Positions 47,398 to 58,680 are shown, counted from the stretch's first letter. The stretch: DNA of 64,000 nt from Fulvivirga sp. (GCA_048268855.1 JBLWUR010000006.1:38474-102473), one strand, 5' to 3'. Program-made: numbers and translations. The notes: a model not told the origin generated them from the letters alone.

Positions 47398-48306
47398 CTA
47401 TAATTTTTCTGCTACACGAAGTTTAGCACTCCTTGCGCGATTGTTTATTGCTCTTTCCTCTTCAGAAGCCTCTACAGGCTTTCGATTTACTGCAGCTAGA
47501 GGTTTTAATACATTCCCATAAAAATCTTTTTCAACTCCTCCAATGGTTTTACCCGTTGCAATAAAATTTTTCACAGGTCGATCCTCCAGTGAGTGATAAG
47601 ACATGATCACCAATCGTCCTCCTTTATTTAGTACTTCTGCACTTTGCTCCAATACCTCCTCCAATGCCTTTAACTCCTCATTTACTTCAATTCTTATCGC
47701 CTGAAAAACCTGGGCATAATACCTGTTCTCCTTGCCTCTTTTAGCAAATCGGTTTAGTATGGCCTTTAAATCTTCCACTGTTACTATTTCCTTATTAATC
47801 CTTTCAGCCACTATGGCCATTGCCAGTGTTTTTGCATTCCTTACTTCACCATACATTCCCAGAACACGCTGCAATTCATCCTGACTGTAACCATTTACAA
47901 CATTTCTTGCTGTCAATTCAGCAGATTGATCCATTCGCATGTCTAATTCTGCATCAAATCGAGTTGAAAAACCCCGTGACCCTTTATCAATTTGATGAGA
48001 AGATATTCCCAAATCACCAAGAATGCCGTCCACCTTTGTAACACCATAAGCTTTCAAATACCTTTTCAAATACCTGAAATTCCCTTCAATAAGCGTGAAC
48101 ATCTCACTGTCAAGTTTTTCTGCATTAATCACAGCATCTTTATCCTGATCAAAGGCATACAAATGACCACCTGTCATTTTTTTTAATATTTCTTTCGAAT
48201 GACCACCACCTCCAAATGTTAAGTCCACATAAATCCCATTGGGCTTTATGTTGAGCCCTTCAATGCATTCTTTGAGCATTACAGGGATATGGTAGGTGTC
48301 AGTCAT
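47398..48306 (-). CDS. rsmH: 16S rRNA m4C1402 methyltransferase
   Basis: YHIPVML, DLTFGGGGHS, FDQD, DLGISSHQID...RGFS, LDMRMD, FQAIRIEVN, SYHSLEDR, RARSAKLR. Confidence 0.98.
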   Translation of the reverse strand: MTDTYHIPVMLKECIEGLNIKPNGIYVDLTFGGGGHSKEILKKMTGGHLYAFDQDKDAVINAEKLDSEMFTLIEGNFRYLKRYLKAYGVTKVDGILGDLGISSHQIDKGSRGFSTRFDAELDMRMDQSAELTARNVVNGYSQDELQRVLGMYGEVRNAKTLAMAIVAERINKEIVTVEDLKAILNRFAKRGKENRYYAQVFQAIRIEVNEELKALEEVLEQSAEVLNKGGRLVIMSYHSLEDRPVKNFIATGKTIGGVEKDFYGNVLKPLAAVNRKPVEASEEERAINNRARSAKLRVAEKL

Positions 48307-48362
48307 AAGTTTCATGTCTTAAGATTCAAGTTTGCTTATTAAGCCATACCTCTTGAACCTTT

Positions 48363-48806
48363 TCATTCATCTAGGTATTTTTGTGCAAGCTTCGAAAATT
48401 CGGCTGGATCACTAATCAAATGCTGCTCAAACAGAGCTGGACTCCATATTTCTATCTTATTTCCCATACCTACTACCACTGCATCTTTCTCCAACTGGGC
48501 ATATCCAAGCATTAGTTTGGGAATGAGTAATCTGCCAGAATTATCAAGTTCAACCACAGAACTCCCTCTAAAGAAGTTCCGTTGTAGTTTTCGATACTCT
48601 TCATTGAATTCACTCAGACCTGCAATTTTTGAGTATATCTTTTTATACTCAATCATTGGGTAAATAATAAGGCAAGGTTCAAAACCTCTACGCACAACTA
48701 TCTCATTACCAGACGATTCTGGTAAATTAGCCTTGATCTTTGCTGGCAATACCAACCTGCCCTTGGCATCGATCTTACACTCATACTCACTAGTGAAAAA
48801 AGCCAT
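48363..48806 (-). CDS. mraZ: Division/cell-wall cluster transcriptional repressor
   Basis: IDAKGRLVLP and LDNSGRLLIP (tandem SpoVT/AbrB DxxGR motifs), GMGNKIEIW. Confidence 0.97.
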   Translation of the reverse strand: MAFFTSEYECKIDAKGRLVLPAKIKANLPESSGNEIVVRRGFEPCLIIYPMIEYKKIYSKIAGLSEFNEEYRKLQRNFFRGSSVVELDNSGRLLIPKLMLGYAQLEKDAVVVGMGNKIEIWSPALFEQHLISDPAEFSKLAQKYLDE

Positions 48807-48835
48807 TGTTGCGTTTATTCTATTATTCTAATAAC

Positions 48836-48892
48836 CAAATTTAGAATAAAATCTGACATTTTCAACCACTTTCTACCACTTTACTCCACTTT
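48836..48892 (-). promoter_or_regulatory. dcw promoter (-7 and -33 boxes) with three MraZ boxes
   Basis: Minus strand: -7 TAAATTTG (48836-48843), GTTG 19 nt upstream (48863-48866), and AAAGTGG three times at exact 10-bp period (48866-72, 48876-82, 48886-92). Confidence 0.82.
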
Positions 48893-49005
48893 TTAACATT
48901 TAATTACTGAATAGTTGCAAAAAAGCTGTTTCATGGCACTTTGGAGAAATTCTAGAGAAAATCAATTTGAAAAACTTAAAATTGGGGAGTATATAAGAAT
49001 CTGAC

Positions 49006-50181
49006 CTAAACTATCCTCAAATTGATCAGTTCATTGATTTTTGATTCTTGGAGGCCTAGTGTTGTTGATAAAATAAGTTTTGAATGTTCACCGAGATAAG
49101 GTGGTGGGAGAAAGTGGGCTAATTTTGAGCGATCGATGCCTTTAGCAACAAAAGTTTGTATGCCTTTTAACTGTTTTTGATCGTAAAGTGCCAAATTTTC
49201 ACCGTAAGTACGTAATGATTCTGAAACGGAATTGACAATTCCTGCTGGTACCTTATTGATATTTAGGAGTCGCATGAGCTCTTCTGATTCGAATAACTTT
49301 ATTGTATTTTGAAGTATTCGCATTAGCTCTGCTCTATTTTCAACACGCTTTGTATTCGATTCATAATTAGAACTAAAGGGTATACTCAGAATTTTGCATA
49401 AAGCTTGAAATTGTTGATCGTTACCAACCGCCAAGATGATAAGCTTGTTATCCTTTGTCGCATATACATCGCCATAGGGAGCAATATTGGGATGTGAGGA
49501 GCCTTGCTTTTGTGGTTCATGGTTAGCTATCAGAAAATTAGTAGCTTGATTGGCCAACGAAGCTAGGGCGGAATCAATAAGAGATACCTCCACAAGGCTT
49601 CCTTCACCTGTTTGCAGTAACTTAATATAGGCCAATAGTATTGCCTCTTTAAGTTGATGTCCCGCCAATAAGTCCATCAATGCCACAGGCATTTTTAAGG
49701 GCATTGATCCTTTTTCGCCATTAATTGACATATATCCAGCTTCCGCTTGAATAATGGCGTCATATCCCACTTTATCGTTTTCGCTGCCATAGCCTGAGAT
49801 CTGCCCGTAAATTAATTTCTTATTAATCTGTTTAAGTGTTTTATAATCGACCTTAAGTTTTTTATCATCACCTGGTTTATAGCTACCAATCACAACATCC
49901 GCCCAATTCGCCAGTTTGTATAGAATTTGGAGTCCTTCATCCTTACTTATGTCCAAAGTAAGAGACTTCTTACCCCAGTTTACACAACTGAAATAGGCTG
50001 AATTCTCTCCATCTTTCTCTCCTTTAACTTTCCATGATCTTGTTACATCGCCATTTTGTTTTGGATTCTCCACCTTTATGACTTCGGCTCCCAGTTCTGC
50101 AAAAAATTGACCTACGCTTGGGCCTGCTAAAACAGAAGCAAGTTCCAGGACTTTCAGATTTGAAAAAATAGGTTGAGTCAT
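49006..50181 (-). CDS. CaiB/BaiF family CoA-transferase
   Basis: VLELASVLAGP, GAEVIKVE, NWGKKSLTLD, GYDAIIQAEAG, HPNIAPY, PPPYLGEHS. Confidence 0.92.
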   Translation of the reverse strand: MTQPIFSNLKVLELASVLAGPSVGQFFAELGAEVIKVENPKQNGDVTRSWKVKGEKDGENSAYFSCVNWGKKSLTLDISKDEGLQILYKLANWADVVIGSYKPGDDKKLKVDYKTLKQINKKLIYGQISGYGSENDKVGYDAIIQAEAGYMSINGEKGSMPLKMPVALMDLLAGHQLKEAILLAYIKLLQTGEGSLVEVSLIDSALASLANQATNFLIANHEPQKQGSSHPNIAPYGDVYATKDNKLIILAVGNDQQFQALCKILSIPFSSNYESNTKRVENRAELMRILQNTIKLFESEELMRLLNINKVPAGIVNSVSESLRTYGENLALYDQKQLKGIQTFVAKGIDRSKLAHFLPPPYLGEHSKLILSTTLGLQESKINELINLRIV

Positions 50182-50286
50182 AAGTGAATGAATGTAAAGA
50201 GCCCCTACAAATTAGGTTACTTTTTATTTATTTAAGAATTTAGCGGCCAAATTAAGGCATTTATTTACAGTCAACAATCTATACCT

Positions 50287-52125
50287 ATGAAAGGCAGAAT
50301 AAAATTATTTTTTAGTTATATGCTCTATTGGGTTGTGATTTTTATTGTTTACAAAATTCTATTCCTGATTTATCATTTCGATAAAACGGCTGAATTACCT
50401 GCATCTGACGTTGCTAAAATTTTCATCTATGGATTTAGAATGGATCTAGCGATGGCTGGCTATTTTATGCTTGCTGTCGGACTGATGATAATAGCTACAC
50501 TACATAACAACAAGGCCTTAAAAATATCACTTAATATACTCACTATATTTCTTGTAATAGTCACTTCACTTTTGGTGGTTATTGACATGGAGCTTTATCG
50601 TATTTGGGGATTTAGATTAGACGCTACACCAATATTGTATGTAACCACAAATGCAGCTGGTGCAACCGCATTAGGTAACAATTGGATCATTGTAAGGCAA
50701 CTCGTGATTTGGATAGTACTTATAATCTTGAGTTGGTGGGCATTTAAAAAGTCCATTACCCCTCAAGTCGAACGTTTAGAAAAAATTAAATGGGTTTGGG
50801 TGCCTGTACTTTTTTTATTGACCGCTTCAATGATTTTGCCTATTCGTGGTACATTAGGTATGACACCACTCAATTCCGGTTTTGTCTACTTCCACAAAAC
50901 TAATGTGTTTGCCAACCATTCTGCATTGAACCTGATTTGGAATATCGGGAAGTCGGTCACAAGTTTAAATAAACTAAGCACACCTAACGATCTGTTTGAT
51001 CAAAGTAAAACCACTCAGCTTTGGAATGAGCTTTACAGCAATGATACAGGTAAAACTGTGAAATTATTAAATACAGATAGACCTAACGTAATCATTATTG
51101 CTTTAGAAAATTATACTGCAAAATTCATTGAATCATTAGGGGGCAAAAAAGGAGTAACTCCAAATATTGAGAAGTTTATCAAAGAAGGAGTTTTGTTTAC
51201 AAATTTCTATGCCAATGGAGACAGAACAGAACGTGGTTTGGTTTCTATATCAAGTGCCTATCCCCAACACCCTACCACCTCCATTATTAAGTTTCCCAAT
51301 AAAACCCAACACATGGATTTTATTAGTAAGGAATTAAATAAAGTAGGTTACAGCAGTGGGGTTATTTCTGGCTATGATCTTTCCTATGCTAATTTTAATT
51401 CTTATTTCAGTAATGCTGAGTTTAATAAAATTACCAGTAAAGGTGATTTCGACTCCTCTATACCAGTTGGAAAATGGGGAATTGATGACCATTATGTGTT
51501 TCAGAAACTACTTTCAGATATTGAAACCATGCCTAAACCATTTTTCAGTTTGTGTTTGACATTAAGCAGCCATCACCCATTTGATGTGCCTATGGAGACA
51601 GTGATTAAAGGTAAAGATGAGGAGAGTCGATTTATGAATTCAGCCTATTATACTGACAAATCACTAGGTGATTTTATCAAATCAGCTCAAGAAAAAGATT
51701 GGTGGAAAAACACTTTGGTAATCATTACTGCCGATCACGGAAATATACTTCCTGCAAATGTATTCAATAGGGCCGATGAAAGCTTCAAAATTCCAATGGT
51801 ATGGTTTGGTGGTGCCTTGGCCAAAAAAGATACCGTAATCAATACATACGGTTCACAAAATGACATCGCCAAAACATTAATGGGGCAGCTTGATTTAAAG
51901 AGTGATACCTTTAAATTCAGCCGCGACTTATTGGCAGAAAACGCTCGTTCTTTTGCCTTTTTTAGCTATAATAATGGGTTTGGTTTTGTTAACGACTCTT
52001 CTCTATTAAAGTATGATAATGTCTCAAATCAATATATGACAAAAGATGGGGTGTGTTCTTCTAAAGAGATGGAAGAAGGAAAAGCTTGTATGCAAATGAT
52101 CTATAATGACTTAAGTAAACTATAA
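50287..52125 (+). CDS. LTA synthase (LtaS)/sulfatase-family membrane protein
   Basis: Several N-terminal TM helices; catalytic domain with IIIALEN, ANGDRTERGL, LSSHHPF, ADHG. Confidence 0.88.
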   Translation: MKGRIKLFFSYMLYWVVIFIVYKILFLIYHFDKTAELPASDVAKIFIYGFRMDLAMAGYFMLAVGLMIIATLHNNKALKISLNILTIFLVIVTSLLVVIDMELYRIWGFRLDATPILYVTTNAAGATALGNNWIIVRQLVIWIVLIILSWWAFKKSITPQVERLEKIKWVWVPVLFLLTASMILPIRGTLGMTPLNSGFVYFHKTNVFANHSALNLIWNIGKSVTSLNKLSTPNDLFDQSKTTQLWNELYSNDTGKTVKLLNTDRPNVIIIALENYTAKFIESLGGKKGVTPNIEKFIKEGVLFTNFYANGDRTERGLVSISSAYPQHPTTSIIKFPNKTQHMDFISKELNKVGYSSGVISGYDLSYANFNSYFSNAEFNKITSKGDFDSSIPVGKWGIDDHYVFQKLLSDIETMPKPFFSLCLTLSSHHPFDVPMETVIKGKDEESRFMNSAYYTDKSLGDFIKSAQEKDWWKNTLVIITADHGNILPANVFNRADESFKIPMVWFGGALAKKDTVINTYGSQNDIAKTLMGQLDLKSDTFKFSRDLLAENARSFAFFSYNNGFGFVNDSSLLKYDNVSNQYMTKDGVCSSKEMEEGKACMQMIYNDLSKL

Positions 52126-53382
52126 GTCCTTATCAATTGTAAAGTGGTCTAAAACATCTCCACTTTCTGAAGAAATAAGTTCGAAAAATAGTTTCTGTTT
52201 ATCAATTTCAACCCTTGCAAATGCCAATTCATGCACAGCTCTAGCAACAATGTCTTCTTTACAATACCCCTCACCAAAAGGCTCCCAACTTGACGGTTTC
52301 CCTGAAGTGCCTGCAGTTACTGAAATAAACCCATCTTTGATATCAGGGTAAACAAATTCCGTTTCACTAAAAGCAGGTAATACGTTACCCAAACTGTCCA
52401 TCGGTTTCAATCTTTCATAGGTATGTATATGACCATTTAAAACGAGATCAACATTGTATTTTACAAATAAGGGATACATACCAATGACGTCCAATTCCTG
52501 ATTTTTATAAGAGCAAGTCCGGCCATGATGATGCAGAAACACCACTATCCAATCATACTTGCCTTGTGCTTTTTTTAAGTCAGAATCTAGCCAATCCAAT
52601 TGATTATCTTTATCAAATAAACCCGAATCATCACCAGAATCGAGCCCAATAAAATGTGCTGACCCATAGTCAAAACTATAATAATGTTCATTGTTGGGTA
52701 AAATCCATTCTTGCTTGAAGTTGACATCTACAGGACTTTTATGATCATGATTACCAAGTATTGCATAAACGGGTGTATTACGCATTAATGAGGCTGTCTT
52801 TTTGAAAAAATAGTCATCAGCCTTTTCACTCTCACCATCAGGATACACAACGTCCCCTAGTACTAAACCTAAATCAGGCTTCTCTTTCATTTTTGAAATC
52901 ATATCCGTGGTTTCGTCAAAATGTCCATGCCAGCTTGGGGGTTGTCCCACATCTGCAATGGCAATAAATGAAAAATTATCACATGCACTTTGTGCTGAAT
53001 AAAAATAATAATCGTCCCCTTCGGCTAATAGTGTTTCATTCGTATATACTTTATAATAATATTTCTCGAAAGGTGCTAAGCCATGCAGGGTGACATAGTT
53101 CATGGTATTAATTCTTTGTGGTTCTATTATTCCCACTTTATGAACCATCTCAGATGGTTTAGTACCATATTCAATGTAGCAAGTCTTAGCAGCTTTTGTT
53201 GTTTTCCATGCTATCGTCACGCTGTCGGCTATATTATTTTGAAGGTAGGGTGCACGAATTAATTTCAAAGGTGGATCGGTCATTTTATTGTAATACTCCG
53301 CATCCGTTTCCCCATCACAACCGTACAATGCCGGTAAAATTAGTATTAAAAACAGTAATGGCTTCAACAATATTTTAATCAT
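52120..53382 (-). CDS. Purple-acid-phosphatase-like metallophosphoesterase lipoprotein with N-terminal FN3-like domain
   Basis: Lipobox LYG-C; RAPYLQ, IAWKT; motifs ADVG, GDVVY, GNHD, HH, GHIH.YER. Confidence 0.86.
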   Translation of the reverse strand: MIKILLKPLLFLILILPALYGCDGETDAEYYNKMTDPPLKLIRAPYLQNNIADSVTIAWKTTKAAKTCYIEYGTKPSEMVHKVGIIEPQRINTMNYVTLHGLAPFEKYYYKVYTNETLLAEGDDYYFYSAQSACDNFSFIAIADVGQPPSWHGHFDETTDMISKMKEKPDLGLVLGDVVYPDGESEKADDYFFKKTASLMRNTPVYAILGNHDHKSPVDVNFKQEWILPNNEHYYSFDYGSAHFIGLDSGDDSGLFDKDNQLDWLDSDLKKAQGKYDWIVVFLHHHGRTCSYKNQELDVIGMYPLFVKYNVDLVLNGHIHTYERLKPMDSLGNVLPAFSETEFVYPDIKDGFISVTAGTSGKPSSWEPFGEGYCKEDIVARAVHELAFARVEIDKQKLFFELISSESGDVLDHFTIDKDL

Positions 53383-53546
53383 TGCCCGAATTTAATTGAT
53401 TTGAAATTAAGAGTGTAGATACTGGGTTAAAAGTTGTGAAATCCTATATATATTTTCTCTTCCAGTCAAATTATTGAGAAGGACGAACTATTTCTAGTCA
53501 AAAATCCTTGAGTAACTTATGTCTTATTTGTTTTAACTTTGCATTA

Positions 53547-54731
53547 ATGAAAAGAGTAGTTGTAGGAATGTCTGGCGGGGTAGACTCAAGTGTAGCAGCT
53601 TATTTGCTTAAAGAGCAGGGCTACGATGTAATTGGTATTTTCATGAAAAACTGGCATGACGACACTGTTACTATTAGTAATGAATGTCCATGGTTAGAGG
53701 ATTCAAATGATGCCATGATTGTTGCTCAAAATTTAGATATACCGTTCCAAGCCATTGATTTAAGTAAAGAGTATAAGGAAAGGATAGTAGACTATATGTT
53801 CGATGAATATCAAAAAGGTCGTACACCAAATCCAGATGTACTGTGTAATAGGGAAATCAAATTTGATATTTTTCTTAAAGCTGCAATAAAACTCAAAGCC
53901 GATTATATTGCAACTGGTCACTATTGCCGCAAAGGTGAAGAGTCAGTTGATGGGGTGAACACCTATAAATTACTTGCAGGTAAGGATGGAAATAAAGATC
54001 AAAGTTATTTCCTCTGTCAACTTACTCAAAATCAACTGTCTAAAGCTTTATTCCCAATAGGAGAACTCACTAAACCAGAGGTAAGGAAGATAGCAAAAGA
54101 TATGGGTTTAATAACGGCTGATAAAAAAGATAGTCAGGGTCTTTGTTTTATAGGAAAGGTAAGGCTTCCAGAATTCTTACAACAAAAATTAGAGCCTAAA
54201 AAAGGCATTGTCATTGAAGTTCCTGCTACTTCACCGATGTATTTGAACCCTGTTAATGCCAATGGCGATAATTCAACATTGGAAGATCTAACACAAGGAT
54301 TCAGCTATACAGTTGCCGATGGTAAAGTTGTAGGAGAGCACTCTGGTGCTCATTATTTTACTATTGGTCAAAGAAAAGGGTTAAACATAGGCGGGAAACC
54401 GGAACCATTATTTATCATTGAAACAGATACCAAAAACAATGTAATCTATACTGGACAAGGTGAAACCCATCCGGGGTTATTTAGAAAAGGGCTTTTTATT
54501 ATTGAATCTGATATTCATTGGGTTAGAGAGGATATGGCAATGACTATTGGAGAAAATCGTACCTATGACGTTCGGATCAGATATAGGCAACCTTTGGATA
54601 GAGCTACGCTGTACAGAGAGCCAAATGGCCTTTATATAGTATTTGACAAACCACAAAAAGCAGTAGCTGCTGGTCAGTTTGCTGTTTGGTATGACGGAGA
54701 TGAGTTAATTGGCTCAGGGGTTATCAACTAA
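53547..54731 (+). CDS. mnmA: tRNA 2-thiouridine(34) synthase
   Basis: [70 protein letters not shown]; ATG 53547. Confidence 0.98.
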   Translation: MKRVVVGMSGGVDSSVAAYLLKEQGYDVIGIFMKNWHDDTVTISNECPWLEDSNDAMIVAQNLDIPFQAIDLSKEYKERIVDYMFDEYQKGRTPNPDVLCNREIKFDIFLKAAIKLKADYIATGHYCRKGEESVDGVNTYKLLAGKDGNKDQSYFLCQLTQNQLSKALFPIGELTKPEVRKIAKDMGLITADKKDSQGLCFIGKVRLPEFLQQKLEPKKGIVIEVPATSPMYLNPVNANGDNSTLEDLTQGFSYTVADGKVVGEHSGAHYFTIGQRKGLNIGGKPEPLFIIETDTKNNVIYTGQGETHPGLFRKGLFIIESDIHWVREDMAMTIGENRTYDVRIRYRQPLDRATLYREPNGLYIVFDKPQKAVAAGQFAVWYDGDELIGSGVIN

Positions 54732-54736
54732 GTAAT

Positions 54737-55336
54737 TTATTGTTTATTAGTAACCTCTCCTTTATCCGTATTCAATAGTTCCAATCCGGAAACACCACCC
54801 GACACTACAAATTTCATTGCTGCCGTTGAAGACATATTTAATGGGGTGACGAATTTTTTGTCTACTAGAAATTGATTGCCTGACCACGCATATGAATGTG
54901 GCATGTAGACGGATATATAGCCTGGTAAGTCAATTTGTTCCAAATTTTCATTGGTCACAAAACCCAATTTAAGCATCCTATTATGTTCATCAACAGATAC
55001 CAATACGGGTTTGTTAAATTTTTTCTGATCTCCTACAAATGCCCCAATTAAATCTTTTAGGGATGTATAAATAATATTAACAAGTGGAATTTTAATTAAG
55101 TACTTTTCAAAGTATTCAAAAAAAGGTCGAGTAATAAAAAAAGAAGCCAAGTAACCCATTACCGTAATGGTTGATAGTACAACTATTAAACCGATGCCTG
55201 GTATATCTAATGGAATTAGTCCATCTATCCAACCAAGCACTTCATAGATCACATATATGGTTAGTGCGAGCGGAACAACAAATAACAAACCCCTGAAAAA
55301 ATAAGTTACAATTCTATTAAATGTGAATTTGGTCAT
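54737..55336 (-). CDS. DUF502 domain membrane protein
   Basis: FFRGLLFVVP, IPLVNIIYTS, VYMPHSYAWSG, AMKFVVSGG. Confidence 0.9.
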   Translation of the reverse strand: MTKFTFNRIVTYFFRGLLFVVPLALTIYVIYEVLGWIDGLIPLDIPGIGLIVVLSTITVMGYLASFFITRPFFEYFEKYLIKIPLVNIIYTSLKDLIGAFVGDQKKFNKPVLVSVDEHNRMLKLGFVTNENLEQIDLPGYISVYMPHSYAWSGNQFLVDKKFVTPLNMSSTAAMKFVVSGGVSGLELLNTDKGEVTNKQ

Positions 55337-55355
55337 GGTTATTTATTTAAAGCAT

Positions 55356-55383
55356 AAAAAAAGGGCTTCTAAGAAGCCCTTTT
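55356..55383 (-). terminator. Intrinsic terminator after nqrE
   Basis: AAAAGGGCTTCT-A-AGAAGCCCTTTT inverted repeat with a longer T-tract on the minus strand. Confidence 0.82.
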
Positions 55384-55402
55384 AATTTATAAAATTTCCT
55401 TC

Positions 55403-56014
55403 TTAAATCGCGATTCCAATAAATGATTTAAAGGCAATTCCCATTAAACCGGTGATGAGCATCGTAATACCTAAGCCTTTCAAACCATCAGGTACGTTTG
55501 AGTATTTCAGTTTTTCCCTGATTGCTGCTAAAGCTACAATGGCTAGCATCCAACCAATTCCGGATCCAAAGCCATAAACAGTGGCCTCAGAAAGTGAATA
55601 ATCTCTTTGTACCATAAATAATGAACCTCCAAGTATTGAACAGTTTACAGCAATAAGTGGTAAAAATATACCTAAAGAACCATATAGTGCTGGTGACATT
55701 TTTTCAACTACCATTTCCACCAATTGCACCATGGCGGCTATAATGGCTATGAACATTATGAATTGTAAAAATTCAAGATTGATGTCTGCAAAACCAGCTC
55801 CAAGCCATAACAATGCGCCTTCTTTAAGTACATATTCCTGGATTAACCAGTTCATAGGTACCGTAATACTAAGTACAAATATTACAGCCATTCCTAGCCC
55901 TACTGCTGTACTTACCTTTTTCGATACCGCAAGAAAAGAACACATGCCTAAAAAATAGGCAAAGATCATGTTCTCAATAAATATTGATTTGATACCTATA
56001 CTAATTAACTCCAT
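55403..56014 (-). CDS. nqrE: Na+-translocating NADH:quinone reductase subunit E
   Basis: [32 protein letters not shown]; ATG 56014. Confidence 0.96.
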   Translation of the reverse strand: MELISIGIKSIFIENMIFAYFLGMCSFLAVSKKVSTAVGLGMAVIFVLSITVPMNWLIQEYVLKEGALLWLGAGFADINLEFLQFIMFIAIIAAMVQLVEMVVEKMSPALYGSLGIFLPLIAVNCSILGGSLFMVQRDYSLSEATVYGFGSGIGWMLAIVALAAIREKLKYSNVPDGLKGLGITMLITGLMGIAFKSFIGIAI

Positions 56015-56019
56015 AATTT

Positions 56020-56703
56020 CTAATTTTCTACGTAACCAGTTTTGGATCGTTGAATCCAAATAATAATTCCTAATATCATGAAAGCACCAATCGAATCCAC
56101 CATTAAACCATTAGTTTGAATATGAAATCCCAAGTTATTTGCAATCCAATCATATATTTTAATATCAAATATAGATCCTGATCCAAACAGCTCTCTAAAA
56201 AATGCCACTACTAATATGATCCAGGCATAGCCAAACCCACTTCCTAGTCCATCTAATATTGAATCGTATGGCTTATTACCCATGGCAAATGCTTCAAGTC
56301 TACCCATAACTATACAGTTGGTAATGATCAACCCAACGAAAGCACCAAGTACCTTATACATTTCATAGCTGTAGGCCTTTAATACTTCACTTACTAACGT
56401 TACTAGCGTGGCCACTACAGCTAGCTGTACAATTATCCTAACCCTTGATGGAATGATATTTCGCATCAATGATATAATCAAATTTGAAAAAACTACCACA
56501 AAAACCACCGCTATTGACATAATCAAAGTGGGTTCCATTTTAATGGTAATCGCCAATGCTGAACAAATACCCAACACCTGAACAGTGATCGGGTTATCTT
56601 CACTCAACGGATCGGTAACTAGTTTTTTTCTTCTTTTGGAAAACATCTCCTCAACGGGGACTTTTACTGCTTCCTTTGGTTTTTCTAAAATTTCAGTACT
56701 CAT
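56020..56703 (-). CDS. nqrD: Na+-NQR subunit D
   Basis: [33 protein letters not shown]. Confidence 0.96.
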   Translation of the reverse strand: MSTEILEKPKEAVKVPVEEMFSKRRKKLVTDPLSEDNPITVQVLGICSALAITIKMEPTLIMSIAVVFVVVFSNLIISLMRNIIPSRVRIIVQLAVVATLVTLVSEVLKAYSYEMYKVLGAFVGLIITNCIVMGRLEAFAMGNKPYDSILDGLGSGFGYAWIILVVAFFRELFGSGSIFDIKIYDWIANNLGFHIQTNGLMVDSIGAFMILGIIIWIQRSKTGYVEN

Positions 56704-56732
56704 CTTTATGCTTTAAATAGCTTAAATTTATT

Positions 56733-57494
56733 TCACAAATTGGCAACACTGCCTGAGTTTACTTTTTTGAAATAAGATTGGTAATAACTCAAATACTTCT
56801 CTAACATGGCAGTTAAACCCCGGCCTGTAATAGTGGCACCTGACATCCCATCAACTTCATGATTTGTCAATCCTGTGTGACCCTCGCCTTTAACCATCTT
56901 CACAGAAACTAAGTTTCCAGCTTCATCATATATTTGCTTACCTACAAATCTGTTTTGAACCTCTGGAGTGGCAATTCTTGCTCCCAAACCGGGGGTTTCA
57001 CTTTTATGGTCGAAAGAAGTTCCTGCTATGGTATTAAGATCACCCTTCAAGGCTACATAGCCCCAAATTTTATCCCAAAGACCAGCTCCATATAATGGTA
57101 ATATATAGGCGTCCACTTGTGTTGGGTTTTTCTCATCCATGTACTTAAATACCGGAAAAACTCTCTCTTCAGGTGTTTTTTTGTAATTTTTAGAAATATC
57201 AACTTCCTCTGCTATCATTGGATTGCCCTTTGCGTTTTTCAAAACCTCTTCACCATTGATATCTACTACCAGCGATTTTATTCTTGCTTTATACAAATCC
57301 AAAACCTCGTTCTTTTTCAGTTTATCTAATACTTCCCTGTCCATTACTGAGGAAAGTATCTGTGTCTTTGTATCCAACTCCACAGATATTTTCTGAGCTG
57401 GGGCAAGTCCTTGAGATGCCATTGACAGCAACCCTCCTACTACAATAGTAAGGGCTGCAGTAAATAATAATATGTATGTGTTAGACTGTCGCAC
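56733..57494 (-). CDS. nqrC: Na+-NQR subunit C
   Basis: GAGLWDKIWGY, HKSETPGLGA, FMN site VDGMSGATIT; GTG start. Confidence 0.96.
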   Translation of the reverse strand: MRQSNTYILLFTAALTIVVGGLLSMASQGLAPAQKISVELDTKTQILSSVMDREVLDKLKKNEVLDLYKARIKSLVVDINGEEVLKNAKGNPMIAEEVDISKNYKKTPEERVFPVFKYMDEKNPTQVDAYILPLYGAGLWDKIWGYVALKGDLNTIAGTSFDHKSETPGLGARIATPEVQNRFVGKQIYDEAGNLVSVKMVKGEGHTGLTNHEVDGMSGATITGRGLTAMLEKYLSYYQSYFKKVNSGSVANL

Positions 57495-58680
57495 GTTGTA
57501 ACCTCCTTTTCTTATTAGCGTTCACTACTGTATAATCTATAAGTGGTGCAAACACATTCATTAGTAGAATGGCTAGCATAATTCCTTCAGGATAAGCAGG
57601 GTTAAACACTCTTATCAATACGGTTAACAAACCTATCAAAAACCCATAAATCCACTTTCCTCGTTCCGTTTGCGCGGCTGTTACTGGATCTGACGCCATG
57701 TAAACCGCTCCAAATGCCAATCCACCAATTACCAAATGATAATGAGCAGGCATTAGCATAAATTCATTGGCACCAATTCCATTCATAAGTAAGCCCATGG
57801 CATAAGCACCAGCAAACACACTTACTATAATTTTCCAGCTTCCCACTCCGGTTATTATTAAAATAGCCGCACCAATCAGACACATCAGTGTTGATGTTTC
57901 GCCTATACTACCGGGCATAAAGCCGAAAAACATATTAGAGAAATTAAAAATATTGTCAGCCCATCCTGAACCAAAAGCACCAAGTGATGCTACTACATTA
58001 TCACCAGTAGTAAGTGCCTGAGCACCTATTGCTAGTGGGGTAGCACCTGAATATCCTGCCACTACATTGGCGTCACCAATGTAAGTCCATACTTCACCTG
58101 AAATCTGGCTTGGGTAAGCGAAGTAAAGAAATGCTCTTGCAGTCAAAGCCACGTTCAATACGTTCATTCCTGTACCGCCAAAAGCTTCCTTAGCTATAAT
58201 AACAGCAAATAAAGTAGCAAGAGCTACCTGCCATAAAGGAATGTCTGGAGGCATTACCAATGGAATCAACATACCAGTTACCAAGAACCCCTCGTTAATC
58301 GGGTGCTGCCTAATAGTGGCAATAGCGAATTCTGTCCCTAAACCAACAGCATATGAAACAACTACTATAGGGAGTACTTGAATTGCCCCTATTACAATCA
58401 TATCCATAAGCGATGCTTCCTGACCAATAGCTAAAAAATGTTGGTAGCCAACATTATAAATACCAAAGAGTAAACATGGAATCATAGCAATGATGACTGT
58501 CATCATCATACGCTTCATATCTACTGCATCTCTAATTTGCGCACCTTTCGCCTTGGTGGTGTGATCAGGGACAAATAAAAGTGTTTCATGTGCTTCGAAG
58601 ATATAATGAAACTTCTCCCATTTTCCACCTTTTTGAAAGTGTGGCTTAACTTTATCAAGTTGTTCTCTTAAAAAATTCAT
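57481..58680 (-). CDS. nqrB: Na+-NQR subunit B
   Basis: RDAVDMKRMM, EGFLVTGML, KEAFGGTG.N..N.AL, FMN site SGATPL, GSIGETS, YPEGIMLAIL. Confidence 0.97.
   Translation of the reverse strand: MNFLREQLDKVKPHFQKGGKWEKFHYIFEAHETLLFVPDHTTKAKGAQIRDAVDMKRMMMTVIIAMIPCLLFGIYNVGYQHFLAIGQEASLMDMIVIGAIQVLPIVVVSYAVGLGTEFAIATIRQHPINEGFLVTGMLIPLVMPPDIPLWQVALATLFAVIIAKEAFGGTGMNVLNVALTARAFLYFAYPSQISGEVWTYIGDANVVAGYSGATPLAIGAQALTTGDNVVASLGAFGSGWADNIFNFSNMFFGFMPGSIGETSTLMCLIGAAILIITGVGSWKIIVSVFAGAYAMGLLMNGIGANEFMLMPAHYHLVIGGLAFGAVYMASDPVTAAQTERGKWIYGFLIGLLTVLIRVFNPAYPEGIMLAILLMNVFAPLIDYTVVNANKKRRLQRATV

Noticed and set aside
33506-48806. murF and ddl missing from the dcw cluster
   Set aside because: Their separation from the cluster is common in Bacteroidota.
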